From NCBI GenBank assembly GCA_910577235.1, contig CAJTMX010000005.1, forward strand, positions 2,080 to 66,079: 64,000 nucleotides of DNA. The letters are read 5' to 3'. The notes under the pieces were generated by a model. It was not told the DNA's origin, did no database searches, and worked only from the letters and a program-made list of their open reading frames with translations. The DNA comes from an uncultured Acetatifactor sp. (GTDB lineage Bacteria; Bacillota; Clostridia; Lachnospirales; Lachnospiraceae). Below, in pieces: positions 8,237 through 16,322 of the stretch (position 1 is the stretch's first letter; every line of letters starts with the position of its first letter). A program made the translations under genes and the position numbers.

Positions 8237-9901
8237 ATGGACAAGCTCAAACCGAAGTTATTTTCTGTGATGAAGACCTATACCAGGGAGCAGTTTGTAA
8301 AGGATGTGGTGGCGGGTATTATCGTTGCCATCATTGCGCTGCCCCTGTCCATCGCTCTGGCGCTGGCCTCCGGTGTCACGCCGGAAAAGGGTATCTATAC
8401 CGCCATAACCGCGGGATTTGTGATTTCCTTTCTGGGAGGCAGCCGGGTGCAGATCGCAGGGCCTACTGCGGCCTTTGCCACTATAGTGGCGGGTATTGTG
8501 GCGAAGAACGGTATGGAAGGACTGATCATGGCCACCGTAATGGCGGGGATCATTTTGATCCTGATGGGCGTGCTGCGGCTGGGCAATCTGATCAAATTTA
8601 TCCCCTATACCATCACAACCGGTTTTACGGCCGGCATAGCCGTGACAATCTTTGTGGGGCAGATCAAGGATTTTCTGGGACTTGTCGTGGTCACGGAGGA
8701 ACCACTGATCGAAACCATGGAAAAGCTGGAGGCAGTGTTCCGTTTTATCGGCACGATAAACTGGCAGGCGGTCATCGTGGGCGTGGTGTGCATGGTGATC
8801 CTTATAGGCTGGCCTTTTTTGCCGGGGATCTGCAAGAAGATTCCGCCTTCCCTGATCGCAGTGCTGGCCGGTATCGCCATGGTAAAGGGCATTGGTATGA
8901 AAGTAGATACCATCGGAGATCTGTATGAGATATCCAATAAACTGCCTGGCATTTCCCTGCCTGCCTTTGATTTTAAGACCGTGCAGAATGTGCTGCCGGA
9001 TGCTTTTACCATCGCAATCCTGGCGGCCATAGAATCCCTGCTTTCCTGTGTGGTGGCGGACGGGATGATTGGCAGCAAGCACCGCTCTAACATGGAACTG
9101 ATCGCCCAGGGAGCGGGCAATATAACTTCCGCACTTTTCGGAGGCATCCCTGCTACCGGGGCCATTGCCCGTACTGCCGCCAATATAAAAAACGGAGGCC
9201 GTACCCCTATTGCGGGTATGGTCCATGCGGTGACGCTGCTGCTGATATTGGTGGTGCTGATGCCCTATGCGGCGCTGATCCCCATGCCCACCATCGCCGC
9301 CATCCTGTTTATGGTGGCCTACAATATGTCGGAATGGCGCAAATTTTTCTATCTGTGCAAAACATCTCCCAAGAGCGATATCATCGTGCTGGTGCTGACT
9401 TTTGTGCTGACCGTGGTATTTGATCTGGTAGTGGCTATCGTTGTCGGTATCGTGCTGGCCGCCATCCTGTTTATGAAACGGATGAGCGAAGTGACGGAAG
9501 TGGAGGGCTGGACCTACATAGACGAGGATGCGGAGAATGACAAGGACAGCATTGAACTGCGCCATGTGCCCAAACACACGCTGGTGTATGAGATGAGCGG
9601 TCCCCTGTTCTTCGGCGCTGCGGATAAGATTCTGGATATCCGCACGGATGATGCCGTTACCGCACTGATCCTGCGGATGCGGAGCGTCAGCGCCATCGAT
9701 GCCACTGCCATGCACAATCTGGAGACTCTGGCATCCACCTGTGAAAAGAAACAGATCCAACTGATCCTGTCCCATGTGAACGAGCAGCCCATGCGTGTCA
9801 TGCGGAAAGCCAGATTCGTGGAGAGGATAGGAGAGAGGTATTTCTGTAAGCATATCGACGATGCGCTGGCAATGGCGGAAGAACTTAATAAAAAGGCTTG
9901 A
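8237..9901 (+). CDS. SulP-family anion transporter with C-terminal STAS domain
   Basis: Multi-TM SulP core (GGIPATGAIARTAANIKNGGRTP) plus a STAS domain. Start set at ATG 8237 (MDKLKPKLF); the ORF track starts at a TTG at 8198. Confidence 0.92.
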   Translation: MDKLKPKLFSVMKTYTREQFVKDVVAGIIVAIIALPLSIALALASGVTPEKGIYTAITAGFVISFLGGSRVQIAGPTAAFATIVAGIVAKNGMEGLIMATVMAGIILILMGVLRLGNLIKFIPYTITTGFTAGIAVTIFVGQIKDFLGLVVVTEEPLIETMEKLEAVFRFIGTINWQAVIVGVVCMVILIGWPFLPGICKKIPPSLIAVLAGIAMVKGIGMKVDTIGDLYEISNKLPGISLPAFDFKTVQNVLPDAFTIAILAAIESLLSCVVADGMIGSKHRSNMELIAQGAGNITSALFGGIPATGAIARTAANIKNGGRTPIAGMVHAVTLLLILVVLMPYAALIPMPTIAAILFMVAYNMSEWRKFFYLCKTSPKSDIIVLVLTFVLTVVFDLVVAIVVGIVLAAILFMKRMSEVTEVEGWTYIDEDAENDKDSIELRHVPKHTLVYEMSGPLFFGAADKILDIRTDDAVTALILRMRSVSAIDATAMHNLETLASTCEKKQIQLILSHVNEQPMRVMRKARFVERIGERYFCKHIDDALAMAEELNKKA

Positions 9902-9902
9902 T

Positions 9903-10105
9903 ACGGCGGCTCTGGGAAATGGAAATGCTTAGAAATAGGTGTCAATGCCGGGAAATGGGCATGCAATGCTTGAAAATGAACGGAAAAACTGAGAAATGGG
10001 CGTGCAATGCCCGGAAATAAACAACAATGCCCGGAAATAAACAACAATGCGGGGAAACGAACGGAAATGCGGGGAAACGAACGGAAATGCCGGGAAATGA
10101 ACAGG
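9903..10105 (+). repeat. tandem array of about 10 units with 20-21-bp period, filling the sulP-metH spacer
   Basis: Units start AATGC: AATGCCCGGAAATAAACAAC x2 (10006-10045), AATGCGGGGAAACGAACGGA x2 (10046-10085), AATGCCGGGAAATGAACAGG (10086-10105), with more diverged units back to 9903. Confidence 0.9.
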
Positions 10106-10152
10106 TAACGCCATAATTAGGACAGAATAAAAATAATTTGAGGAAAGAGATC

Positions 10153-12924
10153 ATGACGAAACAGCTGTTTAGAGATTTTTGCGCGAACCGCTTTATTATA
10201 CTGGACGGAGCTACCGGCTCCAATCTGATCAAAAGGGGTATGCCCTCCGGAGTGTGCCCGGAGCAGTGGATATTGGAGCATCCACAGGCGCTGGTGGAGC
10301 TACAGAGGGACTATGTGGCGGCGGGCACAAATATTCTGTATGCCCCCACATTTACTGCAAACCGTATCAAACTGGAGGAATACGGTCTGGCTGACCGGCA
10401 GGAAGAGATGATATACAGTTTGGTAGCTCTGTCCCGGCAGGCGGCCGGAAGAAGTGCTGCCGGAGGACAGAGCGGGGAAGGACAGACTGCGGGAGATAAC
10501 ATAACGTTTATCGCCGCTGATAAGGCGGCGGGAACAGCTGAGGATCGGGAGCGTGTGCTGGTGGCAGGGGATCTGACGATGACGGGACAGCAGCTGCGGC
10601 CCATGGGCACGATGGAGCTGGAGACTTTGATCGAAGTATATAAAGAACAGATCCGGGTCATGGAGAGCGCCGGGGTGGATCTGTTGGTGGTGGAGACTAT
10701 GATGAGCCTGGGTGAGACACGGGCGGCACTGATAGCGGCCCGGGAGACCACAGAGCTGCCGGTGATGGTGACCATGACCTTTGAGGCGGACGGACGTACC
10801 CTGTTTGGCACGGACGCGGAGACAGCAGCCATAGTGTTGGAGAGCCTGGGTGCTGACGCCATAGGTGTGAACTGTTCCACGGGACCGGCGAAAATGAAGG
10901 GAATCGTGGAGGCTATGGCCCGTGTCAGCAGTTTGCCCCTGATCGCCAAACCAAACGCGGGATTGCCTGCGGTAAATGAGCAGGGACAGACGGTTTATGA
11001 TATGGACAGCGATACCTTTACGGCGGAGATGGAGGAACTGGCAGATGCGGGAGCCGTGATCCTGGGAGGATGCTGCGGCACAGACCCCTGCTATATCGCG
11101 GGTCTGAAACGCATGACACAGGGGAAAAAGCCCAGGGAGCGGAAAGGGCGGCCTGACGGTATCCGTTATCTGACAGGTGAGCGGAAGACGCTGGTTTTTG
11201 GTCTGGAAGATCCCTTTATGATCATCGGGGAGCGGATCAATCCAACCGGCAAGAAAAAGCTGCAGGAGCAGTTGAGAAACGGCAATATGGACCTGGTGCT
11301 GCAATATGCTCAGGAGCAGGACGCCTGCGGAGCATCCGTACTGGATATCAATATGGGCATGAGCGGCATTGACGAGAAAGCCATGATGCTGCGGGTGCTG
11401 GAGGAGGTACAGGGGATTACGGATCTGCCTCTGTCTCTGGATTCCAGCCATGTGGAGGTGCTGGAGGCGGCGCTGCGCCATTACCCCGGACGGGCGCTGG
11501 TCAACTCCGTGTCCTATGAGACGGAGAAGTTTGAAAAACTGTTGCCCATCGTGCAGAAATACGGGGCTATGTTCATTTTGCTGCCCCTGTCCGACAAGGG
11601 ACTGCCCGAAAATCTGGAGGAGAAAAAACAGATCATAGACTGCATCGTGACCCGGGCGCAGGAGCTGGGGATGCGCAGGGAAGATATCATAGTGGATGGT
11701 CTGGTGACAACCATAGGTGCAAACAAACAGGCGGCGCTGGAGACATTGGAGACGATACGCTACTGTAAGGCTCAGGGACTGGCTACTGTCTGCGGGCTGT
11801 CCAATATCTCTTTCGGTATGCCTGCCAGACCTTATGTGAATACAGCCTTTTTGACGCTGGCAATATATGAAGGACTGACCATGGCAATCGCCAATCCCTC
11901 TCAGGAAATGCTGGTCTGCGGGGCTTTGGCCACGGATATGTTGAAGGTTAGAAAAGACGCCGATCTGCGGTATATTGAGTATGCCGCGCAGTTACAGCCG
12001 GTGACAGCCGCTGCCGGGCCGGGCAATTCCGGCGCGGCGGCAGGTATAGGCCGGAGTGATCCTCAAGCGGTATCAGGTGCAGGCCAGGGAAATCCCGGCA
12101 CAATGTTAGGTGCAGGCCAGGGAAATCCCGGCACAGCGTCAGGTGCAGGCCAGGGAAATCCCGGCACAGCGTCAGGTGCAGGCCAAGGCAATTCGGGCGC
12201 GGCGGCAGGTATAGACCGGAGTGATCCCCGAGCGGCGTCAGGCTTTGGGCAGAACGGCGGGGCCGCCAGAGCGCCGCAGACGTATGCCCAGAAGATCACG
12301 GACGCCGTGCTAAAGGGCAACCGCAGCGGTATCGCGGCCATGACAAGGGAGGCGGTGGCGGCGGGAGAAGATCCCGGTACACTGCTTAACGACAGTCTGC
12401 TGCCTGCAATCAATAAAGTGGGGGATCTGTTTGAGAAAAAGAAATATTTTTTACCCCAGCTGATCGCCAGCGCCGAGGCCATGAAGAACGCCATTGAAGT
12501 GTTGGAGCCCTATCTGCTGAAGAAACAGGACGGAGATTCCATGCCGGTGGTTGTCATTGCCACCGTGGAGGGGGATATCCATGATATCGGTAAGAACCTG
12601 GTGGCACTTATGCTGAAAAACTATGGGTTCAAAGTGATAGATCTGGGTAAGGATGTGCCCAAGGAAACCATTGTGCAGGCGGCGAAGGAGCATCATGCGG
12701 ACATCATCGCCCTGTCTGCGCTGATGACCACTACGATGCAGCGGATGCGGGAAGTGGTAGCCCTGGCACGGCAGGAGGGCGTGACAGCCAGGATCATGGT
12801 GGGAGGAGCGGTGATCACCCAGGAGTACGCGGATGAGATTCATGCGGACGGATATTCCAAAGACGCGGCGGAGGCGGTGAAACTTGCCCGGCGACTGCTG
12901 GGCATGATGAGCGCGGACATGTAG
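10153..12924 (+). CDS. metH: cobalamin-dependent methionine synthase (Hcy-methyltransferase + pterin-binding + B12-binding; no AdoMet reactivation domain seen)
   Basis: Contains GVNCSTGP and GGCCGTDP (Zn-ligand cysteines), ERINPTGKKK pterin domain and the B12 motif GDIHDIGKN. ATG 10153 follows GAGGAAAGAG. Confidence 0.92.
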   Translation: MTKQLFRDFCANRFIILDGATGSNLIKRGMPSGVCPEQWILEHPQALVELQRDYVAAGTNILYAPTFTANRIKLEEYGLADRQEEMIYSLVALSRQAAGRSAAGGQSGEGQTAGDNITFIAADKAAGTAEDRERVLVAGDLTMTGQQLRPMGTMELETLIEVYKEQIRVMESAGVDLLVVETMMSLGETRAALIAARETTELPVMVTMTFEADGRTLFGTDAETAAIVLESLGADAIGVNCSTGPAKMKGIVEAMARVSSLPLIAKPNAGLPAVNEQGQTVYDMDSDTFTAEMEELADAGAVILGGCCGTDPCYIAGLKRMTQGKKPRERKGRPDGIRYLTGERKTLVFGLEDPFMIIGERINPTGKKKLQEQLRNGNMDLVLQYAQEQDACGASVLDINMGMSGIDEKAMMLRVLEEVQGITDLPLSLDSSHVEVLEAALRHYPGRALVNSVSYETEKFEKLLPIVQKYGAMFILLPLSDKGLPENLEEKKQIIDCIVTRAQELGMRREDIIVDGLVTTIGANKQAALETLETIRYCKAQGLATVCGLSNISFGMPARPYVNTAFLTLAIYEGLTMAIANPSQEMLVCGALATDMLKVRKDADLRYIEYAAQLQPVTAAAGPGNSGAAAGIGRSDPQAVSGAGQGNPGTMLGAGQGNPGTASGAGQGNPGTASGAGQGNSGAAAGIDRSDPRAASGFGQNGGAARAPQTYAQKITDAVLKGNRSGIAAMTREAVAAGEDPGTLLNDSLLPAINKVGDLFEKKKYFLPQLIASAEAMKNAIEVLEPYLLKKQDGDSMPVVVIATVEGDIHDIGKNLVALMLKNYGFKVIDLGKDVPKETIVQAAKEHHADIIALSALMTTTMQRMREVVALARQEGVTARIMVGGAVITQEYADEIHADGYSKDAAEAVKLARRLLGMMSADM
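12076..12207 (+). repeat. in-frame 33-bp tandem repeat inside the metH linker
   Basis: GGTGCAGGCCAGGGAAATCCCGGCACAGCGTCA occurs about 4 times (12076, 12109, 12142, 12175) and encodes GAGQGNPGTAS repeats. It is flanked by a second repeated pair (GNSGAAAGI(G/D)RSDP). Confidence 0.88.
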
Positions 12925-12995
12925 CATATGTACCAAATTGATAATGTTCTGTAGGTTATTTCATACCTGTAAAAAATAGTAGGGGATAAGGTAAA

Positions 12996-13664
12996 ATGAA
13001 GTTTATTAACGGCAAGAAAAAACAAACGGAAAATAAACCGATGGAACAGCGGGAGGAAGTGCAAGCAGCCGGATGGGATGCCATTGCGAAAGAATGCGAG
13101 AGAGTCTATCCCGGAAAGCTGAGAGAACATTATGGTACTTTACTCAAATGGATGCTTGGCGGCAAGGACCCGCTGGACGGAATAGATCTTTATGACGGAG
13201 GGGATTACTGGCATTTTGTGACATATGGGATGTCGGAACTGTACGAGAAAGAAAGCGATGATCAGGAGTTCAGCGGTTATGGAATGGAGTTTACCTTTCG
13301 GCTCAAAAAAGACAACTATGAGGACGAAAAAGGGGAGTTGATGTGTATCTGCGGAATTCTACAGAGTCTGGCCAGGCTCACCTATATCCAGGGAGAAATA
13401 TTTAATCCCTGGGAGTATGTGTATACCGGTCAGACTCAGGGGATAGACGTACAAACAAAGTCTAACATTACAGGTTTTATCACTGTGCCGGACAGCAAAC
13501 TTCAGACGCTGGATTCGCCGAATGGAAAAGTGGAGTTCGTGGAATTTATCGGCGTGACCGACAGGGAACTGCTGGCGATCCAGCATGGGGAGACAACGGT
13601 ACAGGAATTGTTTACGGCATTGGGGAGCGAAACGACTGATTATAACAGGGATTCTCTCTATTAG
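12996..13664 (+). CDS. SUFU-like (suppressor-of-fused domain) protein
   Basis: Translation (GGDYWHFVTYGMSELYEKES, GYGMEFTFRLKK) resembles bacterial SUFU-family proteins, which are often immunity proteins. Assigned from memory of the family only. Confidence 0.75.
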   Translation: MKFINGKKKQTENKPMEQREEVQAAGWDAIAKECERVYPGKLREHYGTLLKWMLGGKDPLDGIDLYDGGDYWHFVTYGMSELYEKESDDQEFSGYGMEFTFRLKKDNYEDEKGELMCICGILQSLARLTYIQGEIFNPWEYVYTGQTQGIDVQTKSNITGFITVPDSKLQTLDSPNGKVEFVEFIGVTDRELLAIQHGETTVQELFTALGSETTDYNRDSLY

Positions 13665-13859
13665 AGACTGTTAGGGACTGTTGAATAAAGAAACGGCCTG
13701 GTCAGATGTTGCTAATCCATACATAATTGATAGGGGACAACATGTCAAGGCAGTTACGAACTTGCAGGAAATACTTTTTACTGTCAATACTGTCAACTGC
13801 GGAAAATTTTGGGCGGTATGAATAAACAGAGTGGAAAACATTGAAGGGAATGATATAAT

Positions 13860-14396
13860 ATGAAGAAGTATCTGCGTCATGCTTTGGTGGCGGCTATAGC
13901 GGGAATAGTTTTCTATATGGTCTATGCCTATGACAGTTTTAGCCGGAAAGGGCTTGATACATGGCTAGTGGGGCAGACGGACGAAGATCATTACCCTGAT
14001 TGGGAAGGGAACATGGAGGTCCTGGAAATTGACCGGAACATACGAAGTATACGTCATCTATCCCTTTCCAGAGTATACTTGATTGAGTATGCGGACAGTT
14101 ACCAACTCCGTTTTCGGATCGCATACAGTATTCCTTTTTTACATAACAGCCTGTTTGAGGATACAAAGTGGGAGAAAATGACGGATTCCGACGGAAATGA
14201 GTATTTTAGCCGTATGACTGTTTACCCCTCTGAGATTGCAGGCTTGAATTGCATAAATGTGGCGCTGGTCATGGATGCGGATACATTTTCTGCAATGTCG
14301 GACGGAAAATTAACTGTCTCGGCAGTTTGTGCGGGAGACGACGAAAATAGCTATGCCAATTGCGAGGTAGAGATTCTGTTTCCTGAGATTGACTGA
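13860..14396 (+). CDS. hypothetical membrane-anchored protein
   Basis: 178-aa ORF with one N-terminal TM helix (ALVAAIAGIVFYMVYAY). No recognisable domain. Confidence 0.55.
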   Translation: MKKYLRHALVAAIAGIVFYMVYAYDSFSRKGLDTWLVGQTDEDHYPDWEGNMEVLEIDRNIRSIRHLSLSRVYLIEYADSYQLRFRIAYSIPFLHNSLFEDTKWEKMTDSDGNEYFSRMTVYPSEIAGLNCINVALVMDADTFSAMSDGKLTVSAVCAGDDENSYANCEVEILFPEID

Positions 14397-14474
14397 GGAA
14401 CGAGAAGGAAAAATTTTTAAGGAAACGTAAGATCTTGCCTGTGGATAAAGTAATAAACAGGTTAAATCCGTACC

Positions 14475-14503
14475 TTGTATATCACAATCTATTATGCTAA
14501 AAT
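14475..14503 (+). promoter_or_regulatory. putative sigma-A promoter of ilvB (extended -10)
   Basis: TTGTAT, 17-bp spacer, TGcTAAAAT. Confidence 0.6.
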
Positions 14504-14599
14504 AGGCAGAAATGTAGAATGTACACTATTTATTTCTGGAACTAAGGATTTATTACCGTTTTGTGGTATATGGAACTCTTAAATTTAGGAGGTTTTTTC

Positions 14600-16216
14600 A
14601 TGATAGGAGCAGATGCCATAATCAAATGCTTGGAAGAAGAGGGCGTAAAGTATGTGTTCGGCTACCCCGGCGTGGCTATATGTCCGTTTTATAACAGTAT
14701 CCTGCAGTCGGAGATCCAGACCATATTGATACGCACGGAGCAGAATGCCGCCCATGCGGCCAGCGGTATGGCTCGGATCACGGGAAAACCCGGTGTCTGT
14801 GCCGTCACCAGCGGCCCCGGTGCCACCAATGTGATCACCGGTATCGCCACCGCTTTTGCGGACAGCATTCCTCTGGTGTGCATCACCGGGCAGGTACATA
14901 CGGATCTGCTGGGCAGCGATTCCTTTCAGGAGGCAGATATTACCGGCGCGGTGGAGTCCTTTGTCAAATACAGCTATCTGATCAAGAATGTAAACGATAT
15001 CCCCAGGATTTTTAAGGAGGCTTTTCACATCGCCAACACAGGCCGCAGAGGGCCTGTGCTCATCGATATCCCCATCGATATCCAGAATGCGGTGATTAAT
15101 AAGTTCCAGTACCCGGAGGAGGTCAATATGCGCACCTACAAGCCCACGGTCAAGGGGCACGCGGTGCAGATCAAAAAAGTTATCAGGGAACTGGGAAAGG
15201 CAAAACGTCCCATCATCTGTGCGGGCGGCGGCGTGCTGCTCAGCGAGGCCAAGGAGGAATTGCGGGAATTTGTGGAAAAATACCGGATTCCGGTGGTGTC
15301 TACGATGATGGGCATCGGCGTCATGCCCACAGAGCATCCGCTGTATTTCGGTATGGTGGGCAACCACGGCAAGGCGTATGCCAACAGGGCCATGAACGAA
15401 TCGGATATGCTTATCATGGTGGGAGCCAGAGTGGCGGACCGTGCGATAAGTCAGCCGGATCTGATCACCCGTGACAAAGTGCTGGTGCATATTGACGTGG
15501 ACCCGGCGGAGATCGGCAAGAACGCCGGACCTACCATACCGTTGGTGGGAGACGTAAAACATATCTTTCAGGATTTTGCCAAGGAAGAGTTTAGCTGTGA
15601 ACATGAGCAGTGGATAGATACTTTGACGCAGTACAGGGAAACCCTTGTGGCGAAACGCAGTCCCAATCCCGCTTATGTGGACCCGGCGGCCTTTATCACC
15701 CGGCTGTCGGAAAAGATGGCTCCGAACGCGGTGTATGTGGCGGACGTGGGACAGAACCAGATATGGTCCTGCAGCTATCATATCGTGAAGGAAGGGCGTT
15801 TCCTCACCTCCGGCGGTATGGGCACCATGGGGTATTCGATCCCGGCGGCCCTGGGGGCTAAGCTGGCGGACGAAAGCCGGCAGGTCATCGCGGTGTGCGG
15901 CGACGGTTCTTTCCAGATGTCCATGATGGAGTTGGCAACCATGAGCCAATACCGGGTCCCGGTAAAGATCATCGTGTTGAAAAACGGCTATCTGGGCATG
16001 GTGCGAGAGTACCAGCATTATACTTACAAGGACAATTATTCGGTGGTGGACTTATCCGGCAGTCCCAGACTGGACAAGATCGCGGCAGCTTACGATATGC
16101 AGTATCAGCTGCTGGAAAATATGGACCGGGCAGAGGAGGAACTGGACGCCTTTCTCAGGGAAGATACATCGGTACTGTTGGAATGCCTGATCGATCCCAT
16201 GGATCTTGTGAAGTGA
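14600..16216 (+). CDS. ilvB: acetolactate synthase large subunit
   Basis: ThDP enzyme with N-terminus MIGADAIIKCLEEEGVKYVFGYPG and the ThDP motif GDGSFQM...N. ATG 14600 follows AGGAGG. Confidence 0.93.
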   Translation: MIGADAIIKCLEEEGVKYVFGYPGVAICPFYNSILQSEIQTILIRTEQNAAHAASGMARITGKPGVCAVTSGPGATNVITGIATAFADSIPLVCITGQVHTDLLGSDSFQEADITGAVESFVKYSYLIKNVNDIPRIFKEAFHIANTGRRGPVLIDIPIDIQNAVINKFQYPEEVNMRTYKPTVKGHAVQIKKVIRELGKAKRPIICAGGGVLLSEAKEELREFVEKYRIPVVSTMMGIGVMPTEHPLYFGMVGNHGKAYANRAMNESDMLIMVGARVADRAISQPDLITRDKVLVHIDVDPAEIGKNAGPTIPLVGDVKHIFQDFAKEEFSCEHEQWIDTLTQYRETLVAKRSPNPAYVDPAAFITRLSEKMAPNAVYVADVGQNQIWSCSYHIVKEGRFLTSGGMGTMGYSIPAALGAKLADESRQVIAVCGDGSFQMSMMELATMSQYRVPVKIIVLKNGYLGMVREYQHYTYKDNYSVVDLSGSPRLDKIAAAYDMQYQLLENMDRAEEELDAFLREDTSVLLECLIDPMDLVK

Positions 16217-16282
16217 GCAACGGTGGCGTTGGACGCGGCATCATTGCCCATGTGGAGAACTATTTATTGGAGCCGTACCGCA

Positions 16283-16322
16283 AGTTGACTTGTCAACTAC
16301 AGGTATGCGGGAAGAGGTAATT
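16283..16322 (+). promoter_or_regulatory. conserved leader element copy 2 (intercistronic, ilvB-ilvN)
   Basis: Hairpin AGTTGAC-TT-GTCAACT, invariant 16-mer at 16297-16312, then AGAGG and ATG 16323. Confidence 0.75.

Noticed and set aside
8179-8928. 249-aa plus-strand ORF starting in the 19-bp array and passing through the ATG embedded in the leader core.
   Set aside because: It is out of frame with SulP and overlaps it throughout. The translation is Gly/Arg/His-rich, and there is no SD at a workable distance.
8258-9853. 531-aa minus-strand ORF.
   Set aside because: It is antisense to the SulP transporter gene, which has clear family motifs. The translation is His/Gly/Asp/Arg-rich and not protein-like. 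This is a typical GC-rich shadow ORF.
9950-9975. A sigma-54 promoter-like TGGGCATGCAATGCTTG inside the metH array.
   Set aside because: The GG-to-GC spacing is 9-10 nt instead of 11, and the -12 element is TGCT rather than TTGC.
8121-10105. The tandem arrays as CRISPR arrays.
   Set aside because: The units are contiguous with no spacers, are only 19-21 bp long, are not palindromic in the CRISPR manner, and no cas genes are present.
9903-10152. A SAM or cobalamin riboswitch upstream of metH, and T-box leaders upstream of ilvB (14504-14599) and leuC (30484-30632).
   Set aside because: None of the conserved cores I know are present: the SAM-I kink-turn/GGCCCGATGA-type segments, the B12 box, or the T-box GGTGGTACCGCG. 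The ilvB leader is also too short.
9514-10232. Minus-strand ORFs of 61-177 aa across the sulP-metH spacer.
   Set aside because: Their repetitive translations (FPGI..., HFPA...) simply read through the 20-bp tandem array, so they are artefacts of the repeat.
14585-16018. 477-aa minus-strand ORF.
   Set aside because: It is antisense to ilvB, which has unambiguous ThDP-enzyme homology.
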